The notes beneath the pieces were generated by a model. That model worked only from the letters and a program-made list of their open reading frames with translations. It was not told the DNA's origin and made no database searches. Both the position numbers and the translations under genes were made by a program. Below are positions 56,568 to 64,000 of a stretch of 64,000 bases of DNA, piece after piece. Source of the DNA: a virus (taxonomy: Duplodnaviria; Caudoviricetes); IMG/VR virus record IMGVR_UViG_2690315628_000002, positions 1 through 64,000 of that record, one strand, 5' to 3'. The first letter of the stretch is position 1. Every line of letters begins with the position of its first letter.

Positions 56568-57743
56568 TCAACTCATTACGTTAGCAAGCAAAGCCGCCCC
56601 ATACAAAGCAATCCCAATCGAGACCGGCATGAAATACCATTTGCCGCGCAACCGTTCCCATAGGCCTGAATCCGGCTTATAGGTCACTTCATTCGATACC
56701 GTCGGCACGGTTGCCGGTTGAACGGCTGGACGCGCCACGCCAACACTATGCAGCGGTTTGGAGCCACGAGACACGGCAACCTTGCAAGCCGGCATAGGCG
56801 CGCCGCTGGCGTTCGGCACGGACACAATAGCTTGCCCGGTTCCAAGTCCCGCAATGTCGGCAGCCGTGATATTGCCCGGCATGGTATCGGCTGCCGCCTT
56901 CAATGCCTTTTGGTGGACTGGAGTCGAGCCGCGCAACGCGTGCTGGATCCGCGTGGCCAATTGCCCGCTAATGACGTGCGGCAGGTCAGACGGCGCTTGC
57001 GTCACATAAATCAGGCCGACTCCCTTGGATCGAATAAGCCGCGTGATTTGCTCGATACGTTGCACAATGGCAGGGCTTGCGCCGTCGAAAACCAAATGCG
57101 CCTCATCGATCATGACCATCAGACCAGGCGTGCCAGCGTCGCCAATTTCACCGAGACCGCGATAAAGCGATTCCAGCACATGCGCGACAAATGCGCCATA
57201 GAGGCCGGGCAGGTGGGTTAGGTCTGAGGCCGCATAAACGGTTATGCCTGCCGTGTCCCTTGGATCATGCCGGGCACTGCCAAAAGCCCATGCCGCGCCG
57301 CGCTCGAGCCGCAACATGGCACGTTGAACGGCAGAAACGGAAACAGGCGATATCAGGCCGTATGAAACGGACAGGTTTACCCGCGTGGCGTCGTTCAGGA
57401 GCTGGCGCAAGTCCTGCAGCGTGGCGACGGCGCGACCGGTATCTTCAGCCCATGCAAGAGCAATGGCCAATGCGCCCGCTTGCGCCTCCGATAGGTTCAG
57501 GGCGCGTGCGATCAAGTCCGCCCCCAAATCATCGATGCGCATTTGCGGGCATATCAGAGATGAGCCTAGCGACTCCAAGTCGCCTTTAGCATCCAGCACC
57601 AAAACCGGACACGGGCAGCGTTCCGCGATCGCTCCTAGCGTCGTGGTTTTACCCGTGCCCGTGGCGCCGAAAATGCCGACATGGCGCGGCAGATACCGGT
57701 AGGGAATCTGTGCGCCCGGTCCGATGGAAAGGGAATAGGTCAT
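56568..57743 (-). CDS. HerA-like (DUF853/YjgR-type) ATPase with C-terminal TM
   Basis: GATGTGKTTTL, LDAKGD, MIDEAH, LIRSKGVG...VTQAPSD. Confidence 0.8.
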   Translation of the reverse strand: MTYSLSIGPGAQIPYRYLPRHVGIFGATGTGKTTTLGAIAERCPCPVLVLDAKGDLESLGSSLICPQMRIDDLGADLIARALNLSEAQAGALAIALAWAEDTGRAVATLQDLRQLLNDATRVNLSVSYGLISPVSVSAVQRAMLRLERGAAWAFGSARHDPRDTAGITVYAASDLTHLPGLYGAFVAHVLESLYRGLGEIGDAGTPGLMVMIDEAHLVFDGASPAIVQRIEQITRLIRSKGVGLIYVTQAPSDLPHVISGQLATRIQHALRGSTPVHQKALKAAADTMPGNITAADIAGLGTGQAIVSVPNASGAPMPACKVAVSRGSKPLHSVGVARPAVQPATVPTVSNEVTYKPDSGLWERLRGKWYFMPVSIGIALYGAALLANVMS

Positions 57744-57958
57744 TTGACGAAAGCCATATAGAGCATGACGAGAAATCCGCCCAATCCAAGACCCGTCGCA
57801 ACTGCAAGGGCAAAACCGTTAAAGGCGAAACGGTCTTTCTGATAATCATTCTTTTCCGCCACGTATGCCGCATGGTTTTTAATCAATGCGATGACAGCGG
57901 GAAAACCGATTGCGCCAAACATGGCAGCGACAAAAAGCAAGGGGCCGGTATTAGACAT
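57740..57958 (-). CDS. Two-TM small membrane protein
   Basis: AGGAG RBS; ATGA-coupled to the ATPase. Confidence 0.65.
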   Translation of the reverse strand: MSNTGPLLFVAAMFGAIGFPAVIALIKNHAAYVAEKNDYQKDRFAFNGFALAVATGLGLGGFLVMLYMAFVK

Positions 57959-58018
57959 TGGATAACTCCTCTTGAATCCGTCGCAACCGGCCTATTCATA
58001 CAGCCGGTTGAAAGAGAC

Positions 58019-58240
58019 TCAAGCCGTGACGTAGTCGCTCATACTTTGGTGAAGGAAGGCGGGCAGGGTGGTTTCATCGCTCGACTCGTCCGCCGCGTCA
58101 TATTGATCCCGCCATGTGCTGGCGTCGTCGCCCTGCAAAAAGAATTCTCGTCCGTCCGTTTCATTGACGACGGCATAGGCCAGCCCGTTGCCATATGAGG
58201 TGATAGCAAAGCTTCCGATATGCCAAGTTGCCTGTTTCAA
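58019..58240 (-). CDS. Hypothetical acidic protein
   Basis: TTG start after AAGGAGGA RBS. Confidence 0.55.
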   Translation of the reverse strand: MKQATWHIGSFAITSYGNGLAYAVVNETDGREFFLQGDDASTWRDQYDAADESSDETTLPAFLHQSMSDYVTA

Positions 58241-58268
58241 GGTTGAATTCCTCCTTAAACGTGAAATT

Positions 58269-58727
58269 TTAGGCGTAAATCTGCCCGTCGTCGCCGACAA
58301 CCAAATCCACGTTGCCGAATTCCTTGCTTGCCTCAGTGAGCGCGCTTGCAGCCGGTTCCGGCCAGTCACCATCCCAAAAGCCCGCGCCATGGTCGCAACG
58401 GGTTAGCCAAAAATCGTGTCCTGCCATGGCGGCCTCACGTGCAGCAATTGAGCCTTCAAATTCACGCGACAATGGCGCGTCGTCGCAATGGATATGCTCT
58501 TTGTTTGCGTCATAGAAACGGGCGCAATCGGCAAGCATGGATTCAAGCGTTTCGGGTGCAATGTCGGAAATATCATAATTGCGGTCTAGCGGTTCCCCGC
58601 CGCTTTCGTCGGACTCGTCATTGCTAGACCATAGCGCCGTGCCAACATAGGAGCGGAAAAAGTGCCATTCAACGCTGTGACCGGAAACCGGGCTATCGGC
58701 GCGCATTGCTTCAAGAGTGGCTGTCAT
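58269..58727 (-). CDS. Hypothetical acidic phage protein
   Basis: TALWSS...AGHDFWLTR..HGAGFWD. Confidence 0.7.
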   Translation of the reverse strand: MTATLEAMRADSPVSGHSVEWHFFRSYVGTALWSSNDESDESGGEPLDRNYDISDIAPETLESMLADCARFYDANKEHIHCDDAPLSREFEGSIAAREAAMAGHDFWLTRCDHGAGFWDGDWPEPAASALTEASKEFGNVDLVVGDDGQIYA

Positions 58728-58740
58728 GTTGATAAACCCC

Positions 58741-59541
58741 CTAATGATTGATCTGTGTTGCGGATGGCGACCACATAAACCCGCAAGCTTCAACGTCGCT
58801 TTTGAATTCTGACATGAGGCGTCCATGACGCGATTCAAGCAACGCCTTCAATTCATCACGCGGCAGGCTCAATTGTTCGTCGGTAGCATCAGGCCAGACG
58901 GCTGCATTTCGAGCGGCTGCAAAATCCCGCGCCTTACCTTCACCCACGCGGCACCATGGGCGGTATTCCAGGGTGTAAGGGCAATCGGGCTTTTCTTCAC
59001 CGTCAATATTCTTTTCGATCTCGTGCAATGCGAATTCGTCACCGGCTGGACCGATTGCCATTAGACGCCATGCGGGCTGTTTTGTGCGACCGTTGATAAT
59101 TTGACGGCGTTCACCTTTGAGCAAGCCGTTATAATCGCGGTCACTGGCATGATAGATCGTATTGGCGATATAGTGCATAGGTCCGTCACTAGACGTCAGA
59201 TGCCATTTGATGAGCGGCGCAAGCTTAGGGAATACCTTTGCAATCTCATCATGGGCGGCACCGCCGCCAAATTCGCGCCATGCGCCCGCCCGCCATTCGT
59301 CAATATCGCAAGTGATGGAAAATGTGTTGTGCCCGTTGCGGCATTCATCATCAAAGCGGATTTTGACGCGCATGCGAAGTTTCGCCCCGTGGTCTCGATA
59401 TTCGCGGCTTGCCGCCCACTTCTGACTAGTGAATGTGTTTTCCTTGTAGTTTTTGCCGCCGACAGTGCGGGCAAACATGCGACCGGCAACGCCGTTGATT
59501 GCGTGGGCGTACTCTTCAGTCACAACAGGTGAATTTGTCAT
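58741..59541 (-). CDS. Hypothetical phage protein
   Basis: GAGGA RBS; RFDDECRNGHNTFSIT...KWHL....GPMHYIANT. Confidence 0.75.
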   Translation of the reverse strand: MTNSPVVTEEYAHAINGVAGRMFARTVGGKNYKENTFTSQKWAASREYRDHGAKLRMRVKIRFDDECRNGHNTFSITCDIDEWRAGAWREFGGGAAHDEIAKVFPKLAPLIKWHLTSSDGPMHYIANTIYHASDRDYNGLLKGERRQIINGRTKQPAWRLMAIGPAGDEFALHEIEKNIDGEEKPDCPYTLEYRPWCRVGEGKARDFAAARNAAVWPDATDEQLSLPRDELKALLESRHGRLMSEFKSDVEACGFMWSPSATQINH

Positions 59542-59569
59542 ATCTTGAATTCCTCTTTAAACGTGAAAT

Positions 59570-60511
59570 TTAGCGCAAGACGACGCAACCGGCGCCTTCG
59601 TTGAATGCTCCCTGCAGCCGTTCGTCGCCCGGCCAAAAATAGAGCGAGTCCGCTTCGCCTTCCTTGAGGCGTTCCATGCGCTGAAAAATGGTTTCCCGTT
59701 CGCTCAATTCCTCTTTGATGGATGAACGCAGCCGAGCTTTCAGGCTATCGGGCAGGGCGCGCAACGTGGCGCATGCACCTTTTATGTCGCGGATGGTCTG
59801 GCGAACTGACTCACGGATTGCGGCCAAGTCCTGAAGGCAACCGGCATACTGAGAACCGGCCTGCCATGCGGTTTGATATTCGCGTTCCTTTTCAGCTTCC
59901 GATTCTGCGAAATCATTCGCGGCGCGTGCGGCTTCTTTCTTTGCCGTCTCATGCGCGGATTCAGCCCAATAACCGTGTTTCAGCATGGCGGGCGTCTGAT
60001 AACGCTTGCTGATAGTTTCCAGCGCTGTGAACATTTCGTGTTTGAAATTGGACCGGTAAACCGTGGAAAAGTCGACATATGCAGGCCCGCCGCAATCTGC
60101 CGCGCCGTTATCCTCATTGTCATGGGCGGCCACAAAGCGCGCCTTGCCGCCACGGCCGGGCAACTGATAGACGCAGCCGCGAATCTTACCGTCTTGATGT
60201 GGGTCTGTGAACCATCCCGTATGACGGATGGAGTCGCTGATAACGTCGCAATAACCGACGAAACGGAGTCCCATTGCGGCGGGGTTCTCGATCCACCTGC
60301 AGCCGGTTTCAGCGCTGCCATTGGTGACGGGCTTTGCCCATGGGCTTGACGCATAACGGCGTACCGAATTCACAGCGTCACGGCGTGCCTTATCAAGGGC
60401 AGCAACTGCAAACGTCGTCGGAATACCCTTAAGCCCGTCACGGGTAGGGTTCCAACGCGAAAGCGCCGTGGCGCGATGATAGCGATACGCCGATAATAAT
60501 AACTCGTTCAT
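59570..60511 (-). CDS. Hypothetical phage protein
   Basis: GAGGA RBS; 313-aa ORF. Confidence 0.75.
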   Translation of the reverse strand: MNELLLSAYRYHRATALSRWNPTRDGLKGIPTTFAVAALDKARRDAVNSVRRYASSPWAKPVTNGSAETGCRWIENPAAMGLRFVGYCDVISDSIRHTGWFTDPHQDGKIRGCVYQLPGRGGKARFVAAHDNEDNGAADCGGPAYVDFSTVYRSNFKHEMFTALETISKRYQTPAMLKHGYWAESAHETAKKEAARAANDFAESEAEKEREYQTAWQAGSQYAGCLQDLAAIRESVRQTIRDIKGACATLRALPDSLKARLRSSIKEELSERETIFQRMERLKEGEADSLYFWPGDERLQGAFNEGAGCVVLR

Positions 60512-60543
60512 GGTTGAATTCCTCTTTTAAGTTGAAAGCGTGG

Positions 60544-60636
60544 TTACAGAAAAAGCGGCGCTATGAGCTGGCCGAACTGGAGACCGGCTAACAGAACTGC
60601 GGGGAGGGCGACGGGTAACAAAAGCGGGTGGATCAT
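60544..60636 (-). CDS. Putative 30-aa hydrophobic peptide
   Basis: MIHPLLLPVALPAVLLAGLQFGQLIAPLFL; AGGTG upstream; fills the intergenic gap. Confidence 0.4.
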   Translation of the reverse strand: MIHPLLLPVALPAVLLAGLQFGQLIAPLFL

Positions 60637-60644
60637 GACGACAC

Positions 60645-61262
60645 CTACGCGAAGAATTCAGCCGCCTTGGCAATCTGCCATGCGTCATTCCAGAGGGCTA
60701 AATCTGCCGCTTCTTCGGGATTGGTAAGGAATGCCGGTTCACGCTCGAAAGTGACTTTGAACGCGTCAAGCATCACCATGTTGGCGTCGCAAAAGTCATG
60801 TGTGTGGCAGGCGGCGGAGTCGTTCCGGTTCAACTCGATAACGGCGCGAAAGTCCGCACGGCTCAATTCCTCTTGCACCTTGGTACCGAATTCGCGGGCA
60901 AGGACAATCTTGTCGCCGATTGTGGCGGCAGGTGTCACGACGTGACCGCCTAGCGCAAGGTCAAATGCGTCCGCCGCTGCCAAGGCTTCGGCAACACTTG
61001 CGGCCTCTACACAACGTTCCACATAGTCGCCATTGTCATTATGAGCGCCGACAATCCATGTGCCATCCTCGGATACATGATCGCAACCGCCTACGTCAGT
61101 GATAAGCACTTTCCAGCCGGTTTCATCTACCTGCCGTTCCCATGCGGATGTGCCGCCGCCATTGTGTCCAACGTGGAAATTAGACGCGGCAAAGAGTTTG
61201 CCCGTTTCCGTCAATTCGGCTGCAGCGGCCATTTCATTAAAGCGTGTCCAAAAATCGGTCAT
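60645..61262 (-). CDS. Hypothetical acidic phage protein
   Basis: GGAG RBS; CHTHDFCDANM. Confidence 0.7.
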   Translation of the reverse strand: MTDFWTRFNEMAAAAELTETGKLFAASNFHVGHNGGGTSAWERQVDETGWKVLITDVGGCDHVSEDGTWIVGAHNDNGDYVERCVEAASVAEALAAADAFDLALGGHVVTPAATIGDKIVLAREFGTKVQEELSRADFRAVIELNRNDSAACHTHDFCDANMVMLDAFKVTFEREPAFLTNPEEAADLALWNDAWQIAKAAEFFA

Positions 61263-61289
61263 CGGTTCGCGTGTCTCCGTTTCGATAAT

Positions 61290-61344
61290 TCCAATCTAAA
61301 CGTGAAATATGCGAAGCGCAAGAGACATTCACATTAAAAGTGAA
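61290..61344 (-). promoter_or_regulatory. Control region of the cos-proximal operon with two operator-like sites
   Basis: TCCAATCTAAACGTGAA (61290) and perfect-arm TTCACATTAAAAGTGAA (61328). Confidence 0.65.
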
Positions 61345-61441
61345 AGTTAGTTTGTTCGGCCTGGTTTCCTGCAGGCGGATACAATGAGGGCGATGACTGC
61401 CCGTCTTCCTGCTTACATCATCGACGATACAGGCCGCTGCC

Positions 61442-61531
61442 TCTCAATGCGTCTGTACGTGTGTTGAGCTGGCGTCATCGTCTCAATGCGTCTCGCGTCA
61501 CTGCTACCGGGCAACGTGTCTCAATGCGTCT
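61442..61531. repeat. Three 13-bp direct repeats TCTCAATGCGTCT
   Basis: Copies at 61442, 61481, 61519 (periods 39 and 38). Confidence 0.9.
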
Positions 61532-61618
61532 CGATAAGGTGCAAATGGGCTGTATCACATCATGCGATAGGATCGATTATCGCTAAAAGATAAACTAAAA
61601 CAATAACATAGTGGCTTT

Positions 61619-61692
61619 GGGTCCTTCCTGGGGGTGGCCTGCGGGGGGCGGGAGACACCGACCGCGATTCACGCGCAATTTGAAAATTTCGG
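61619..61692 (+). other. Putative lambda-like cos site (cosQ-cosN-I2)
   Basis: GGGTCCT (lambda cosQ heptamer), then GC-rich GCGG...GGGCGGGAGACACC...CCGC with partial dyad, then TGAAAATTT; same order as recalled lambda cos; phage has a GpA terminase. Confidence 0.65.
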
Positions 61693-61767
61693 CAACGAAA
61701 CGACTTTTGATGCGTAATACTGTAACGTTTGGCAGAGAAAATGGGATAAAATCGAACAGGGAAACCG

Positions 61768-62085
61768 CTCTCAGTCTGGTTTCAGAGTGAGAGTTAGAGT
61801 GAGCGCAAAAAACGTAATGATTTCAATGGAGTCTCACTCTCTCTAATTCTCAGTCTAAAAGTAAAGTAAGATAGATATAGAGGGAGGAAACGGTGCGAAG
61901 CACCAGACAGTGGAAGTGATGAAAAGGGGTAAATAAGAAAAAGAATAAGGAAAGGGGGTGAATCTAGTGAGATATGTGAGAGCGCTTTGTAAGTTATTGA
62001 AAATGAAGAATAAAGTCTCTCACATGGGGCTCTCTCACATCTGAGACCCGTATGAGAGTGGGTGAGAGCGCGTCGGCTCAGATTG
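61768..62085. repeat. Dispersed TGAGAG/CTCTCA repeats in an AT-rich tract; candidate replication origin
   Basis: Many copies in both orientations, non-coding, just downstream of the primase. Confidence 0.5.
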
Positions 62086-62183
62086 ATTTAAACCGATTTC
62101 CTTTAAAACATGCGTTTAATTCGGTCTTGCGTTAGTTCGAATGTAACCCATCTTCTCGGAAATCGAATACAGCGCATCACAGC

Positions 62184-62205
62184 AAAAACCCCGCCGAAGC
62201 GGGGT
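62184..62205 (-). terminator. Intrinsic terminator after the primase
   Basis: Minus strand ACCCCGC-TTCG-GCGGGGT-TTTT. Confidence 0.85.
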
Positions 62206-62232
62206 GAAATGCGACTGAAACGATGATCGATT

Positions 62233-64000
62233 TTATTCCAACTGCTCCGGTCGGGTGTATATGCGGCATTTTCCGTATTTCTTGTTCAATTCGTGGCCGC
62301 TCACCGGTCCCTTGGACCTATCCCAACCAACGAGCTGCAGCGCCTTACCAATCTTAATTGCGCTCGTGTGTGGGATATCGCCATCGCGCCCCATCATTTC
62401 TCGCCAGACCTGCGACATGCAGGTTTCGTTCCGGTAGACCTTGGGAATGTCGTCGTCCAGATCGTCAAATTCTGCCCCAAGCGGTGTGTCCAGCCATGCA
62501 GTGATCACGCCAGCCAATTCTTCTTCCGGCGTCTCTACGCGTCGGCTTTCCTGCATTTCGAGGGCGATCTGCGCGGCTTCGTGTTTCATGTAAAGCGGCA
62601 GTGCTGGCAGATGTGCGTAATCCTTCGACATCTGCTGATAGATCGACACCGCCTCGGCCCAAATCTGCATGACGTTGGCCCGGAATTTCAGATTGTCGAT
62701 CTGCCTGTCGCCGGGAAGGTTGCAGACGATAGGCCAGAAGCGCCGGCCACCGGTCTGGTCTCGCAGGTACTCGCGGTCGTTGGTCGATCCGATGAAGATG
62801 CACTGGCGACCGAACTCTTTCGCGCGCTTCTCCCACGCCAGGCGGGCTTTGTCGTGCGTGCGGCTAACGAATGCCTTCAGGTCGTTGACCTCGGATCGCT
62901 GCATGGCGGAAAGCTCACCCAGTTCAAGGATCCATTTGCCCTGCATCACCTCGATCATCTGCTTTGGGTCACCAACATCGCCGGTCAGTTCACCATACCA
63001 TTGGAGCCCTAGGACTTCGATGAAGGTGGATTTACCCTTGCCCTGAACACCTTCCAGGATCGGGACGAAATCAAACTTGTGACCGGGCTGGAAGATGCGC
63101 GCCACGGCGCCGACGAGGGTGAGTAGGGCGGCTTGTCGGTTGTAGGTGTTGTCCTCGCAGCCGAGATAGTCGACGAACATCGTCTCTGCGCGGGGAACAC
63201 CGTCCCATTCGACGGACGTGATGACTTCCTTGACCGGGTGAAACGTCCGCTTGTGCGCGGCCATGTCGATCGCGCCGCGTAAATCACGGTCGGAAACCTT
63301 GATGCCGTAGCCTTGAAGCTGCGTTTTGGTCTCGATCAGCGATCTGATGGCGATATCGTGGCTGTCGGTCCAGTTGTCTCCGTTCAGGTCGTCTTTTACC
63401 CGCCAGATCGAACTGTCGAGGTTGACTGGCTCGTAGGCAGCGTCGCGCTTCTTTTTCGCCCGCTTAGGTGCTGCTCGAAGCACCACTTCCTGTGCAAATT
63501 CGTTGAAATGGGCGATCCCGCGGACGCGCAGATCGTTTTCTACAATGAGATTGATATTCGGAAGGGTGGTCTTTAACTCGCCTTCCTCGTTGCGATGAAA
63601 TCGCTGCATCCAGTTGGGGTCGACCTCGTCGACAATCTCCGCTTTCGCGGGAACTGGGGAGGGCCCGTCGCCTAAAAGGTCGGCGAGATCTATGACCGGT
63701 TTGTCAAAGTCAGTTTCGATGTCGATGTCGAGATCGAGATCCTGCGACATGCGATTACTGTTTGCCGCCTGGATCAGCGTGCGGAAGGTGACCGGGTGCG
63801 GCTTGCCCTTGAAGGAATTCCACCTGACCTCGGAATATTTACGATCAAACTTGGCAGATTGCTCGGACCAGTCGCACCAGGCCTCGAAGCCTTCATCCTC
63901 GCCACGGAACTGGTGATGGAAGGCCATGCCGACGGTCAGCCAGTAATCGCGATCTTCGACCCAGTCTTCCGGCAGGTCGTCGAGGATGGCTTGAATTTCT
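62233..64000 (-). CDS. Primase/helicase with PriCT-2 and VapE domains (5' end outside window)
   Basis: W..VGMA.HH...W.DWS..S.K PriCT-2; ILEGVQGKGKST, ELGEL, GSTN...YLRDQTGGRRFWP. Confidence 0.9.
   Translation of the reverse strand, partial: EIQAILDDLPEDWVEDRDYWLTVGMAFHHQFRGEDEGFEAWCDWSEQSAKFDRKYSEVRWNSFKGKPHPVTFRTLIQAANSNRMSQDLDLDIDIETDFDKPVIDLADLLGDGPSPVPAKAEIVDEVDPNWMQRFHRNEEGELKTTLPNINLIVENDLRVRGIAHFNEFAQEVVLRAAPKRAKKKRDAAYEPVNLDSSIWRVKDDLNGDNWTDSHDIAIRSLIETKTQLQGYGIKVSDRDLRGAIDMAAHKRTFHPVKEVITSVEWDGVPRAETMFVDYLGCEDNTYNRQAALLTLVGAVARIFQPGHKFDFVPILEGVQGKGKSTFIEVLGLQWYGELTGDVGDPKQMIEVMQGKWILELGELSAMQRSEVNDLKAFVSRTHDKARLAWEKRAKEFGRQCIFIGSTNDREYLRDQTGGRRFWPIVCNLPGDRQIDNLKFRANVMQIWAEAVSIYQQMSKDYAHLPALPLYMKHEAAQIALEMQESRRVETPEEELAGVITAWLDTPLGAEFDDLDDDIPKVYRNETCMSQVWREMMGRDGDIPHTSAIKIGKALQLVGWDRSKGPVSGHELNKKYGKCRIYTRPEQLE

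Larger units (their letters stand above)
7299..64000. mobile_element. Temperate siphovirus prophage (lambda-type head, Chi-like tail); right end outside the window
   Basis: att core, integrase, and complete packaging, head, tail, lysis and replication modules with no obvious disruptions. Confidence 0.93.

Noticed and set aside
56340-56682. ORFs with PAALLPCC / AAGQQGSR repeats
   Set aside because: These are translations of the 8-bp tandem repeat; no RBS, and they cross a terminator.
61442-61531. Mini CRISPR array
   Set aside because: Repeats are only 13 bp with three copies, and no cas genes or leader are present.

Overview
The window holds a short defence island (1-7.0 kb) and most of one apparently intact temperate siphophage prophage (about 7.3 kb to beyond 64 kb). 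The host looks like a rhizobial alphaproteobacterium (GapR homologue, GAAC-N7-GAAC SOS boxes). The island encodes a large KAP-family P-loop NTPase converging on a Sir2-HerA pair. The prophage starts at an 18-bp tRNA 3'-end duplication. It carries a tyrosine integrase, VRR-NUC, a family-B DNA polymerase, lambda-type head genes, Chi-like tail genes, a lysis cassette, morons, a leftward nucleotide-metabolism/host-interaction region, a cluster of unknown genes next to a lambda-like cos site at about 61.6 kb, and a VapE-type primase cut by the window edge. Most unusual observations: (1) one acidic-hydrophobic peptide motif, (V/I)DL(S/T/D/A)DL(L/I/M), recurs mostly at the termini of about 11 unrelated phage proteins, with different codons; (2) a 17-bp operator-like palindrome TTCAC-N7-GTGAA recurs about 18 times in promoter spacers and over ribosome-binding sites; (3) cos lies about 46 kb from the terminase genes and defines a probable first-injected module bounded by tandem repeats. 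All calls come from reading motifs by eye; no searches were run.
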